Assembly: GCF_964204645.1 (NCBI RefSeq)
Contig: NC_134030.1
Span: forward strand, 17,692,210-17,756,209
From: Tubulanus polymorphus
Lineage: Eukaryota; Animalia; Nemertea
Length of the DNA: 64,000 bases
Direction of reading: 5' to 3'
The position numbers and the translations under genes were made by a program. A model generated the notes under the pieces. That model saw nothing but the letters and a program-made list of their open reading frames with translations. It made no database searches and was not told where the DNA came from. Positions 50,662 to 64,000 of the stretch are shown in pieces. How positions within the stretch are numbered: the stretch's first letter is position 1; every line of letters begins with the position of its first letter.

Positions 50662-52934
50662 TATCAAATTAGTCCGAATTGCAAACAGCAGCATTTTGTT
50701 CTGAGGCACAAATACGGTGATATTTAAAGCAGTTGGGATTTTCTGTGTACGGGCCACATGCAACAAGAACAAGTTTGAGTTTGGTCATATATGAGCTGTC
50801 CAATTTAAGTTGTTGTAAGCATAGCCCTTTGACAGTGAAATGCCACAATAATAACCACTGAGATAGTCTTAGCTAAAGGATTGCTTAATAGATGTCGAAT
50901 AAACACTATAATCCGTGTATACTGTAGATAAATGAAGAAATCCTACACTTCAAATTTAAAATTATACGATCAAATTTATTACTATGAAACCACAGCCATC
51001 ATCAGGTGGAATGACCAGAAAAACAAGTGTTTACGGTAGGCGGCCGCACTGAACCAGGCAGGTTTTTTTTCATGAAAGTTGCCCAGTAAACGGATTTAAA
51101 CAAATCTAAATCTTCGATCCAATTGAACCATTTGTTTTCGATTTTGATGAAGTTTTGACTCAATAGTATCAATCGTATACCCGGTACCTAAGATGACATT
51201 TTCATTACCAGGCGGATCTAGATTATTTGGAAGAAAAGAAAATGTATTTTTAAAAAAATTAGCTCTTATGGCATCTAGAAAATTGGTCAAAGTGGTCAAA
51301 ATTAGCTCTTATGGCCTCTAGAATTCATCTAAGATGTGAATATTTAATCACGAATCCCCGATGTCGGCTGTGTATCCTGATATTTACATAATTTTATATA
51401 TATTCATATGGTAGACTTTACTTACCTATTGGGACCTATATGGTTTCATACTAAAACTTATATATTCCATAGATTTAACAGACTTATTGGGTGCCTCAAA
51501 CTGCGGAAACATTATGTACAGGTCTATTGGGTCATCACCTTATGAGTCCCAAGTTTGAACTGCTTATTCAAATTAGTAAATTAAACATTATTTCGAGTCA
51601 AAGTTTAATTGTTGTGACGACCCAGAAGTGGTTCTAATCTCTTAAGAATTACAGTGATGGAGCTGTCGTCATAATGACGATCACCTAATCGGATTTGACA
51701 ATCTTAAAATTTCGTCTTGTACGTTTTCTGTAGCGCAGGTGATCAAGTCTTAGGATCAACTTCATTGTAACAAATGATTTCAAATATCAGAAGCCCAATG
51801 CGTTTAATGATTCAATTAAATGGTATCGTGCTGATTGGATGAAAGTTGGGGTAAATCATTGTATTGTGATCTTATTCTTTTTGAATTGGTCATTGGTGGT
51901 CAATGGTCAATTTATGAATCTTCAATGGCGAATCTTTTCTAGTTTCACACCAAACGCGGTATATCGTTCTCATGTTCGTGAAATTGTAATTCGTCAGTAG
52001 TGGTCAGTGTTGGTCAGCTTATGAATTTGCAATGATGAATACTTGGTAGTTTGTAAACAAACATGGCTTGAGAAATTTCCGGTATTCGAAGTCTGAATCG
52101 TTCAGACTCGGGGATCATATCTCAATTGGTCAGTTTCTGACCATCACGGTGTCAGCATTGTGGTCGATAGCTTATATGAAACATTTGTAGATAACCAACG
52201 AAGGGGCCCAAAAGCACAAGCCAATTTCCAGTGATGTGATCCAAAAAATGCCCTACTGAAAAAAGTAGTCTCTCAATTGTACGAAACAAAATCGCACAGG
52301 AAAATTAATTTAGAAATTGTCGACTAGTAGCCACAGGCACTGGTTTTTTCTACGTAGTCTCTCATTTCATATCATAAGATTTCCCCCGTTTCAAACTGTT
52401 GAGTTTATGAGATAATATTAAACAGACATATTGGGGCCCTCAGTAATAACTAATATATTTCTTTTGATATTTGTACCTATCTGTTGGGTCCATCAAACAG
52501 TTGGTTTTCTGTAGTAACTAATATATATCACATGATACATGATTGTACCGATCTTTTGGGTCAAATATGGTCTTATATCAAACTTATACATTCCGATACC
52601 CATATGGAAGACTTTAATAGACCATTTTAAGTGGTTTCCTGTGAAATAATTGTTTTATTTTCTGTTTTCACGGTACTGCATTGGCATAATCCAAGAGAAT
52701 GGAAGGGATGTATGGATTCATGTAATATGGCATATTCAAGTGCCGCTGCATATCCACATGGAAACGTTTGGCAATGTGAGGAAGTTCCTGCACTGTTCCT
52801 TCCTTTGAATTCACCAAATTACTAAATCAACTCAGCATAGTCATCAATATACATGTAGTTTATCCTTCAAAATCGAAGAGTGCTTGCGCATACACGTAGG
52901 CCTTAATCCTAATTCCACTATGTCTTGTATTATC

Positions 52935-53009
52935 GAAACCTATATCAACCCCATCTGACAAAGTTTAAATCAAACTTTGTCAGAAGGGGTTGAGAATTGA
53001 ATAGGTTTC
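52935..53009. repeat. Long hairpin (~22-bp inner stem plus outer stem)
   Basis: tcaaccccatctgacaaagttt-aaatc-aaactttgtcagaaggggttga, enclosed by gaaacctat / ataggtttc. Confidence 0.85.
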
Positions 53010-53375
53010 AATTGTTATCATTGGCTAATCGGGATCAGTTCAATTTTGATCTCATGTTTGTCTATACATCAATAATTAGGAATTATCCAAGTTTAGCGCA
53101 GTCTAATGTGTATACGGTTCCTAGAAAAATCAAATCGATATTTGGGTAATTTAACACAAACACTTGGATTATACATCATTATAAGTTTATTTGGAATCTT
53201 TCTCTTTTTTATAATTTTCTTTGTCAGCATTTTAGTGGCTTCACGATTAGGCATTCTGTTGGAACGAATGCAAGATCGTATGAAATATTTTATCTTCATC
53301 CGATGACCAGCGCCTTCGTGTTTTCATTCTGCCTATTAAAAGAAAGAAAATTCATTTATTTCTATATTTGGTTTA

Positions 53376-53583
53376 GGTAAAAAATGATACTTTGTTTCTC
53401 TGCAGCTGCCGGGAAATAGTGTAAATTCCTATAAAATTTGTAATCAGTTCATTTCTATAGCTGCAGGGTCTATAATTGTATGCCTGATAGTGATTAGAAA
53501 AATAATGTACTGGGTAGATAGGCTGCAGGGTAAATTAACTTTAAGCTAGGTAGAGCGGAGAAACAAGGTATCATTTTTTTCCC
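53376..53583. mobile_element. Zator/Harbinger-like MITE with TTA TSD
   Basis: TIR ggtaaaaaatgatactttgtttctc / gagaaacaaggtatcatttttttccc; TTA on both flanks. Confidence 0.7.
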
Positions 53584-56500
53584 TTAATTGACCAATTTGA
53601 ATACATGACCCGTCAAATTATATAAAACATACGTGCACAGTCAAAGTGGGAGGCACTACTTGTTCAGGTACTTGAGCTATTTAAATTAACCTTTTTGAAA
53701 GTAAGCTACCTGGGTAGGGATATCAAAATTGTGACATTGAAACTCGGGAAGTGCACTATTATATTGTATGTATATTAAACATCGCCTCAGCCTGGCAGCA
53801 TATCGAAAAAGGTATGACCTTTAAACTTTATATATTCTTTATGATATACTAGTAAAACTAAACTGCTTTCAAATGTTATTACGGTTAATTTCAACCATTG
53901 ATATTTAGCACTGCTTGGTGGCCATGATGAATAATGCATCCCTGTAAAACTTGATGTACATGTTCATAGGGACATAATCTGCAACTTTGCACTACATCAT
54001 AATATTGAATTTCGACCCGAAAATAATCTGAAGAATATGTATTGGTTATGTTTTAAATTACAATTGCTCATGTGACCTTGAAACTCAGGACGGCCATGTT
54101 GCATCCGATTGACCCAAAATCTCTCTCATGCTGACGCAACCTTCAGGAATGCAATCTGATAGATCAAGCAGAGTGTCCTCAATATTTCCCTTGAAAACTT
54201 CAAAAATAAGTAAAAAATGCTGATTTCAGCAAACAAAAAATGGCCGCCAGTCAACCATGTTGATTCTGACTAAGCTAGTATTTTGTAAAAAAGTGTATCT
54301 AGGGTAGATACATGTATATAAATAAATTATATCAATTGCATTAATATATTTTTATAAATGATATAGGGCCTATTACATTTTATAGATTATAGATTATAGA
54401 TTGTACCTATCTATTGGGTCAATCAAACAGTTGGTTTCCTCTGTAATAACTAATACATTCCACATGATAGTTTGTACCGACCTGTTGGGCCCTAATAATA
54501 CAAAATAATCCATATGATAGATTTGACCAGACCACTCTAACTTTGGGTTTACTGTGTTATAAATACATTCTATCATAGATTTCCCTCAAACGGGGCATGT
54601 GAAAAATAATATATATTCAGTATGAATATAGACTTTAACAAACATATTGGGTCCCTCAAGGTGATTAGTAAGTACTTGGTGAAATACCTGACAATCTGCA
54701 AATGTCAAGAATTACCATTACGATAGAGCATTTCATGCACTGGCACAACTTGCAATTTCTTGTGGTAATAACGTCACATTTTTTGGTACAAAAAGGTCAC
54801 AGGACGGCCATCTTGTATCCGATTTTCCCAAAATCTCTCTCATGCTGACGCACCCTTCAGGAATACAATCTGATAGATCAAGTAGAGTGTCCTCAAAATT
54901 TCCCATGAAAACTTCAAAAATAAGTAAACTAGCAGTCCAGTGACACCATGCCAGGTAGTTTCAAATGCTCAACAATCTAACAATTTCAATATTCAGCGCC
55001 CCTGGTAACCAGATACAAAAACCAATGACCCTGAAACTCACCACAATCAATTAGAATAAGTCAACAGCTACGATTTTGTAATTGATTGTGATAACAAAAT
55101 ATGCCTCGTTACCGATTTAATATGGAAATACTAAGTTATTCTACTATTCAATGCCCCCTGGTGACCATATGCAAAACCCAATGACCTCGAAACTCACCAC
55201 AATCAAAGAACATGTCATGAACTACAACTTTGCAATTGATCATGGTAACAAAATATGCCTAGATACCAATCTATAAGGAAATACTAAGTAATTCTACTAT
55301 TCAACGCCCCTGGTGACCATATATAATAACTCATGTCCTTAAAACTCACCACATATTACATAGACGATGTCATGAGCTATAACTTTGCAATTAATTGTGG
55401 TAACAAAATATGCATAGGTACAGACATAATATAGAAATACTAAGTTATTGTATTATTTAACGCCCCCTGGTGACCATATACAAAAACCGATGACCTTGAA
55501 GCTAACCAAAATCATAGAACACCTTATGAGCTACAACTTTCAATAGATTGTGGTAATACAATATGTTTAGGTATCAGTATAATGTCGAAAATGGAAAATT
55601 TTGATAATTAAGGGATAGGAGCACCCTTAATACGACCAGTCAAACTGCGCAGTTTTAATAAACCATCGTTTTTATATCCACTTTACACTGTATTGAAGGA
55701 TTGCCAAAAAGTTTTCATTTTCGCATGTTGAAATGAGAAAAAATAAGCCATTTTTGAAATTCTAACAATATGCGTCCTGAGTTTCCATACCTACGAACCA
55801 TTGATTTTTGATGATTTGATTATAATTTCAAATGGTAGGCGCGGAAACATATTGTTAAAATTGATTTACGGTCAACCCCCAATATAACAGTTTCACTGGT
55901 AGTATGAAGATCAAATTCAGGTATGTGTTCAAAAGTTTTAGAGAAATATCCCAAAAAAATTGACTTTCGTTCCCTAGTGGGCTAAAAAGGTATGAAATAA
56001 CTAAACTGATTTACCATCGGTTGCGGAAAGTTGACTCATATCTACCATAAGACTCTCTCTATGTGATTCAACTGCGGATTGATTGGAATCTTTCACACCA
56101 ATTGTATCGAACTTGGTGGTCCATTTTCCTGTGAAAATTAAAAATATGAACATGCATAAGCAATTGAGTAGTGGTTGAAATTGAGACAAAAAATTGACAT
56201 TTTTTGTGTACGAAAAAAGGTCACAGGACGGCCATCTTGCGTCCGATTGACCCAAAATTTCTCTCATGCCGATGCACCCTTCGGGTATAGAATCTGATAG
56301 ATCAAGGTAATTAATCAGAATCTTCAAAATTCCCTTGAAAACTTCAAAAATGAGTAAGAAAGTGCTGATTTCAGCGAACAAAAATGGCCACTAGTCAACC
56401 ATGTTGATTCTGACCAAGCTCAGTTTTTGGGTACAAGATGTATCTAGGGTAGATACATGTATAATAATACATTTAATCAATTACATTAATATATTTCTAT

Positions 56501-59500
56501 AAATGATAATGGGCCTATTACATTTTATAGATTGTACCTACCTATTGGGTCCATCAAACAGCTGGTTTCCTGTGTAATAACTAATACATTCCACATGATA
56601 GATTGTACCGACCTATTGGGCCCTTTGTCTTATAGTGCATAATAATCCATATGACAGATTTTACCAGACCAATCTAACTGTGGGTTTCCTGTGTTATAAC
56701 AATACATTCTGTCATAGATTTCCCTCAAACTGGGCTGATTTCAGCGAACAAAAATGGCCACCAGTCAACCATGTTGATTCTGACCAAGCTCAGTTTTTGG
56801 GTACAAGATGTATCTAGGGTAGATACATGTATATAAATACATAAAATCAATTACATTAATATATTTCTATAAATGATAATGGGCCTATTACATTTTATAG
56901 ATTGTACCTACCTATTGGGTCCATCAAACAGCTGGTTTCCTGTGTAATAACTAATACATTCCACATGATAGATTGTACCGACCTATTGGGTCCTTTGTCT
57001 TATAGTACATAATAATCCATATGATAGATTTTACCAGACCAATCTAACTGTGGGTTTCCTGTGTTATAATAGTACATTCTGTCATAGATTTCCCTCAAAC
57101 TGGGGGATTCCTATGTGATAAATATTTTATATTTAGCATGATAGACTTTAACAAACATAATGGGTCCTTCAAGGTGATTAGTTAGTACTTGGTGAAATAC
57201 TGAACAATCTGGAAATGTCAAGAATCACCATTACCATAGGGCATTTCATGCACTGGCACAACATGCAATTGTTTGTGGTAACAACGTCATATGTCTAGGT
57301 ACTAATATACTGTAGTACCATATTCTTCGGCTAATTTACGCCACCGGTGAACATAAACAATGCCTAGAAACTCACCACAATCTTAGGGCAATTCATGTTA
57401 GAGCAAGTCATGAGGCCAAGTTATTTACTGCGAACGAGAGAAATTGAGATAAATGATCGAAGCGTTTTCAATATTTCCCATGAAAACTTGAACTAGGGGT
57501 CCAGGGACACCATGCCCACTTGAGAAATGTTTCCGTATGCTCAACAATCTAACAATTTCAATATTCAACGCCCCCTGGTGACCATATACAAAAACCAATG
57601 GCCTTGAAACTCACCACAATCATGGTACATGTCAGGAGGTATGATTTCATGGATTGTGATGACAAAATATGCCTTGTTACCAATTTAATATGGAAATACT
57701 AGATCATAGAACATGTCATGAACTAAAACTTTCTAATTGATCATGGTAACAAAATAAGCCTAGGTACCAATATAAGGAAATACTAAGTTATTCTACTATT
57801 CAATGCCTCTTGGTGACCATATAGAATAACTAATGTCCTTAAAACTTGCCACAATCATAGATGATGTCATGAGCTACAACTTTGCAATTGATTGTGGTTA
57901 CAAAATATGCATTGATACGAATATAATATGGAAAGATACTGTATTATTCAATGCACACTGGGCCATATACAAAACCAATGACCTTGAAACTCACCACAAT
58001 CATAGATCATGTTATGAGCTACAACTTTCTTATTGATTGTGGTAACAAAATACGCCTAGGTATCAATATAATGTGGAAAATTTTTTTCCCACCTAGGAAT
58101 GAGTACTGATGACACCAAGATGGCCGCCAATTGCGTCATAATTGGCTGATCAAAAATACCTGTCTCAGGTATAAAACATCCCTTTCTTAAGAATACCCAT
58201 CACAAATTGCAATGAGAAATGGCAAACAAGTAGGAAGCTACAGGACTCGGAATTCAGGCCAAAATTGACATTTTTTGGCATTAAAAAAGGTCATAGGAAG
58301 GCCATCTTGAGTTCGATCGACCCAATTTTTGTTATGCTGATGGGCCCTGGGGGGATGCACATACATCCGAAAGATCAAAAAGTTCCCTCAAAAAGTTAAA
58401 AATGTGTAAAAAGTGTTGATTTTGGCGAACATCAATGGCTGCCAGTCGGCCATCTTGATTCTGACAGGGCCAGTTTTGGGGCTGAAGATGTGTCTAGGGT
58501 AGATACATGTGTAACCCAAATATCAAGACATTACATTGAAGCGTCTTCAAAACTTCCCAAAATAACTGGATTCCGTCTACGGACGGACGTATGCTACGAC
58601 GGACAATGGACGAAAAGTGAACGTAATAGCCCACTGGGACTAAAGTCCCAAGTGGGCTAAAAAGGTTCAAACAATGTCTAAAAGTGCTGATTTCAAAATG
58701 TATCAGAATAACTGGATTCTGTCAAGCTCGGGACAATGACACAAAGCGGATGCGATAACCCGCTTAAGTCCATTTCATGTGGCTAAAAAGGTATGAAATA
58801 ACTAAACTGATTTACCATCGGTTGTGGAAAGTCGACTCATATCTGTCATAAGACTCTCTCTATGTGATTCAACTGCAGATTGATTGGCATCTTTCACACC
58901 AATTTGTATCGAACTCGGTGGTCCATCTTCCTGTAAAAATTAAAAATATGAACATGCATAAGCAATTGAGTAGTGGTTGAAATTGAGACCAAAATTGACA
59001 TTTTTTGGGTACGATAAAAGGTCACAGGACGGCCATCTTGCATCCGATTGACCCAAAATTTCTCTCATGCCGATGCACCCTTCGGGTATACAATCTGATA
59101 GATCAAGGTAATTGATCAGAATCTTCAAAATTCCCTTGAAAACTTCAAAAATGAGTAAGAAAATGCTGATTTCAGCGAACAAAAATGGCCACCAGTCAAC
59201 CATGTTGATTCTGACCAAGCTCAGTTTTTGGACAGAAGATGTATCTAGGGTAGATGCATGTATATAAATACATTAAATCAATTAAATTAATATATTTCTA
59301 TGAATGATATAGGGCCCATTACATTTTATAGATTGAACCTATCTTTTGGGTCCATGAAACAGCTGGTTTCCTGTGTAATAACTAATACATTCCACATGAT
59401 AGATTGTACCGACCTATTGGGTCATTTGTCTTATAGTACATAATAATCCATATGATAGATTTTACCATCAGACCAATCTAACTCTGGGTTTCCTGTGTTA

Positions 59501-60066
59501 TAACAATACATTCTATCATGTTTTCCCTCAATTCGGGGATTCCTATGTGATGAATAATATACATTAATAGGCCTATACATTAATGTTTTGAACACATACG
59601 CCTAATTGGTTTTAATACGACCAGTGAAACTGTGCAGTTTTAATAAACCATTGTTTTTATATCCATTTTACGCTGTATTGAAAGATTGCCAAAAAGTTTT
59701 CATTTTCGCATGTTGAAATGAGAAACTAGGGGTCCAGGGACACCATGCCCACTTGGGAAATGGTTTCAAATGCTCAACAATCTAACAATTTCAATATTCA
59801 ACGCCCCCTGGTGACCATTTACAAAAACCAACGACCTTGAAACTCACCAAAATCATAGAACATGTCAGCAGCTACGATTTTGTAATTGATTGTGATAACA
59901 AAATATGCCTCGTTACCAATTTGATATGGAAATACTAAGTCATTCTACTATTCAACGCCCCCTGGTGACCATATTCAAAACCCAATGACCTCGAAACTCA
60001 CCACGATCATAGAACATGTCATGAACTACAACTTTGCAATTGATCATGGTAACAAAATATGCCTAG

Positions 60067-60247
60067 GAGCGAACTCTTTTATCAGATCGGAGAATCCGTT
60101 TGCCTCCAATCGTACTCTTTTATTGGTCAAGTGACTTTTTGGAGTCTCCGAAACCTCCTTTCTGTCGAGGTGGTGTGATTCGGATTTTGTGTGGAGCCAA
60201 CCGGAGATTTCGGACGGAGACTTCGGAGGTCATAAAAGAGTACGCCC
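60067..60247. mobile_element. 181-bp Harbinger-like MITE inserted into a HINE core repeat
   Basis: 16-bp TIR gagcgaactcttttat / ataaaagagtacgccc (2 mismatches); 3-bp TSD tag / ttg. The empty site gcctaggtacc is present in the paralog at ~57758. Confidence 0.85.
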
Positions 60248-62565
60248 TTGGTACCAATATAATAAGGAAATACTAAGTTATTCTACTATTCAACGCCCCC
60301 TGGTGACCATATAGAAAAACTAATGTCCTTAAAACTCACAACAATCATAGATGATGTCATGAGCTACAACTTTCCAATTGATTGTGGTTACAAAATATGC
60401 ATAGGTACGAATATAATAAAGAAATGCTAAGATATTGTATTATTCAACGCCCCCTGGTGGCCATATACGAAATCCAATTACCTTGAAACTCACCACAATC
60501 ATAGAACACGTTATGAGCTACAACTTTCTAATTGATTGTGGTAGCAAAATACGCTTAGGTATCAATATAATGTGGAAAAACTTTTTCCCACTTACGAATG
60601 AGTACTGGTGACACCAAGATGGCCGCCAATTGCGTCATAATTGGCTGATCAAAAATACCTGTCTCAGGTATAAAACATCCCTTTCTTAAGAATACCCATC
60701 ACAAATTGCAATGAGAAATGGCAAACAAGTAGGAAGCTACAGGACTCGGAATTCAGGCCAAAATTGACATTTTTTGGCATTAAAAAAGGTCATAGGAAGG
60801 CCATCTTGAGTTCGATCGACCCAATTTTTGTTATGCTGATGGGCCCTGGGGGGATGCACATACATCCGAAAGATCAAAAAGTTCCCTCAAAAAGTTAAAA
60901 ATGTGTAAAAAGTGTTGATTTTGGCGAACATCAATGGCTGCCAGTCGGCCATCTTGATTCTGACAGGGCCAGTTTTGGGGCTGAAGATGTGTCTAGGGTA
61001 GATACATGTGTAACCCAAATATCAAGACATTACATTGAAGCGTCTTCAAAACTTCCCAAAATAACTGGATTCCGTCTACGGACGGACGTACGCTACGACG
61101 GACAATGGACGAAAAGTGAACGTAATAGCCCACTGGGACTAAAGTCCCAAGTGGGCTAAAAAGGTTCAAACAATGTCTAAAAGTGCTGATTTCAAAATGT
61201 ATCAGAATAACTGGATTCTGTCAAGCTCGGGACAATGACACAAAGCGGATGCGATAACCCGCTTAAGTCCATTTCATGTGGCTAAAAAGGTATGAAATAA
61301 CTAAACTGATTTACCATCGGTTGTGGAAAGTCGACTCATATCTGTCATAAGACTCTCTCTATGTGATTCAACTGCAGATTGATTGGCATCTTTCACACCA
61401 ATTTGTATCGAACTCGGTGGTCCATCTTCCTGTAAAAATTAAAAATATGAACATGCATAAGCAATTGAGTAGTGGTTGAAATTGAGACCAAAATTGACAT
61501 TTTTTGGGTACGATAAAAGGTCACAGGACGGCCATCTTGCATCCGATTGACCCAAAATTTCTCTCATGCCGATGCACCCTTCGGGTATACAATCTGATAG
61601 ATCAAGGTAATTGATCAGAATCTTCAAAATTCCCTTGAAAACTTCAAAAATGAGTAAGAAAATGCTGATTTCAGCGAACAAAAATGGCCACCAGTCAACC
61701 ATGTTGATTCTGACCAAGCTCAGTTTTTGGACAGAAGATGTATCTAGGGTAGATGCATGTATATAAATACATTAAATCAATTAAATTAATATATTTCTAT
61801 GAATGATATAGGGCCCATTACATTTTATAGATTGAACCTATCTATTGGGTCCATGAAACAGCTGGTTTCCTGTGTAATAACTAATACATTCCACATGATA
61901 GATTGTACCGACCTATTGGGTCATTTGTCTTATAGTACATAATAATCCATATGATAGATTTTACCATCAGACCAATCTAACTCTGGGTTTCCTGTGTTAT
62001 AACAATACATTCTATCATGTTTTCCCTCAATTCGGGGATTCCTATGTGATGAATAATATACATTAATAGGCCTATACATTAATGTTTTGAACACATACGC
62101 CTAATTGGTTTTAATACGACCAGTGAAACTGTGCAGTTTTAATAAACCATTGTTTTTATATCCATTTTACGCTGTATTGAAAGATTGCCAAAAAGTTTTC
62201 ATTTTCGCATGTTGAAATGAGAAACTAGGGGTCCAGGGACACCATGCCCACTTGGGAAATGGTTTCAAATGCTCAACAATCTAACAATTTCAATATTCAA
62301 CGCCCCCTGGTGACCATTTACAAAAACCAACGACCTTGAAACTCACCAAAATCATAGAACATGTCAGCAGCTACGATTTTGTAATTGATTGTGATAACAA
62401 AATATGCCTCGTTACCAATTTGATATGGAAATACTAAGTCATTCTACTATTCAACGCCCCCTGGTGACCATATTCAAAACCCAATGACCTCGAAACTCAC
62501 CACAATCATAGAACATGTCATGAACTACAACTTTGCAATTGATCATGGTAACAAAATATGCCTAG

Positions 62566-62746
62566 GAGCGAACTCTTTTATCAGATCGGAGAATCCGTTT
62601 GCCTCCAATCGTACTCTTTTATTGGTCAAGTGACTTTTTGGAGTCTCCGAAACCTCCTTTCTGTCGAGGTGGTGTGATTCGGATTTTGTGTGGAGCCAAC
62701 CGGAGATTTCGGACGGAGACTTCGGAGGTCATAAAAGAGTACGCCC
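62566..62746. mobile_element. Duplicate of the 181-bp MITE
   Basis: Same sequence and flanks as 60067-60247, offset 2,499 bp. Confidence 0.85.
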
Positions 62747-63685
62747 TTGGTACCAATATAATAAGGAAATACTAAGTTATTCTACTATTCAACGCCCCCT
62801 GGTGACCATATAGAAAAACTAATGTCCTTAAAACTCACAACAATCATAGATGATGTCATGAGCTACAACTTTCCAATTGATTGTGGTTACAAAATATGCA
62901 TAGGTACGAATATAATAAAGAAATGCTAAGATATTGTATTATTCAACGCCCCCTGGTGGCCATATACGAAATCCAATTACCTTGAAACTCACCACAATCA
63001 TAGAACACGTTATGAGCTACAACTTTCTAATTGATTGTGGTAGCAAAATACGCTTAGGTATCAATATAATGTGGAAAAACTTTTTCCCACTTACGAATGA
63101 GTACTGGTGACACCAAGATGGCCGCCAATTGTGTTATAATTGGCTGATGAAAAATACCTGTCTCAGGTATAAAACATCCCTTTCCAAAGAATACCCATCA
63201 CAAATTGCATTGAGAAATGGTAAACCAGTAGGAAGCTACAGGACTCAGAATTCGGGCAAAAATTAACATTTTGGGCACTAAAAAGGTCATAGGACGGCCA
63301 TCTTGAGTCCGACCGACCCAATTTTTGTTTCGTTGATGGGCCCTGGGGGGATTCATATATAACCGAAAGATCAAGGTAATTGATCGAAGCGTCTTCAAAA
63401 TTTCCCTCAAAAAGTTCAAAAATGTGTAAAAAGTGCTGATTTTGGCGAACAACAATGGCTGCCAGTCAGCCATCTTGATTCTGACAGGGTCAGTTTTTGG
63501 GCTGAAGATGTGTCTAGGGTAGATACACGTGTAACCCAAATATCAAGACGTTACCTTGAAGCGTCTTCAAAACTTCCCAAAATAACTGGATTCCGTCTAC
63601 GGACGGACGGACGGACGAAAAGTGAACGCAATAGCCCGCTGGGACTAGTGTCCCAAGTAGGCTAAAAATAAGCCATTTTTGAATC

Positions 63686-63794
<109 letters not shown>

Positions 63795-64000
63795 AAGCTG
63801 CAGAATATAGTTATAGAATATTCTTTTATTTAGTCTTTCGCTCGGAGCGTGGAGTAAAAATACCGATCTCTTTACAAATATCGCCTATATTTAAAACGTC
63901 GGACCTTAACTAAATCCTTGGTTATTTATATATTTCTAAAATGTATTTCTATCGGTAAGGTCATTGTGCTGCTCCTGTGAACATCATATAATTGTAGTCC

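Larger units (their letters stand above)
58110..63130 (+). repeat. Near-identical 2,499-bp tandem duplication
   Basis: Identical ORFs at 58940 and 61439; element starts at 59723 and 62222. Only a few substitutions seen by eye (e.g. tatgct/tacgct, tctttt/tctatt, cacgat/cacaat). Confidence 0.95.
54070..63670 (+). mobile_element. Cluster of tandem/nested Helentron-associated elements (HINE/DINE-1/CvA-like) with ~153-bp internal core repeats
   Basis: 5' ends aaactaggggtccagggacaccatgccc at ~54927, 57491, 59723, 62222. Core repeats ttcaacgccccctggtgacc...gaaactcaccacaatcatagaacatgtcatg. (GACG)n microsatellite, then a 3' stem-loop tagcccactgggact-aa-agtcccaagtgggcta and an A-run at ~58660, 61160, 63665. 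No TSD and no ORF. Confidence 0.85.

Noticed and set aside
56001-63539. Repeated minus-strand ORFs (56001-56381, 58940-59218, 61439-61717, 63198-63539; also 45757-46062) as a gene family
   Set aside because: They lie in non-coding HINE bodies, the frames are not preserved between diverged copies, and no Rep/helicase motifs are present.

Overview
AT-rich, intron-containing eukaryotic DNA, most consistent with a marine invertebrate (probably lophotrochozoan; inferred from the repeat and GPCR types). Most ORFs in the supplied track are spurious or are pieces of exons and pseudogenes. Three genes are supported by manual splice and frame reconstruction. (1) A minus-strand, intron-rich DDD-type transposase-like gene (DUF7869/Sola1-like, ~675-5647) whose N-terminus is built from tandemly duplicated phase-1 mini-exons. 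(2) A plus-strand orphan gene with ~11 coding exons (16767-24075, ~337 aa) and a possible Tudor/SH3-like C-terminus. (3) A single-exon rhodopsin-class GPCR (31008-31949). The rest is layered mobile DNA: an RTEX-like LINE, LINE 3' fragments (one fused to a truncated U2 snRNA copy), a FLYWCH-MULE pseudogene, decayed Polinton/Maverick-like viral genes (integrase chromodomain, A32-type ATPase), an EnSpm/CACTA element with a phased E-box array, several MITE families, and a ~10 kb cluster of Helentron-associated (HINE-like) elements with a recent 2,499-bp tandem duplication. The core repeats of that cluster each carry a co-oriented CTCF-like motif. The best leads for something undescribed are the exon-amplified transposase gene, the CTCF/YY1 motif array carried by the HINE cluster, the LINE-U2 chimera at a splice donor, and the Polinton-like relics. 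All calls were made by eye; no database searches were run.
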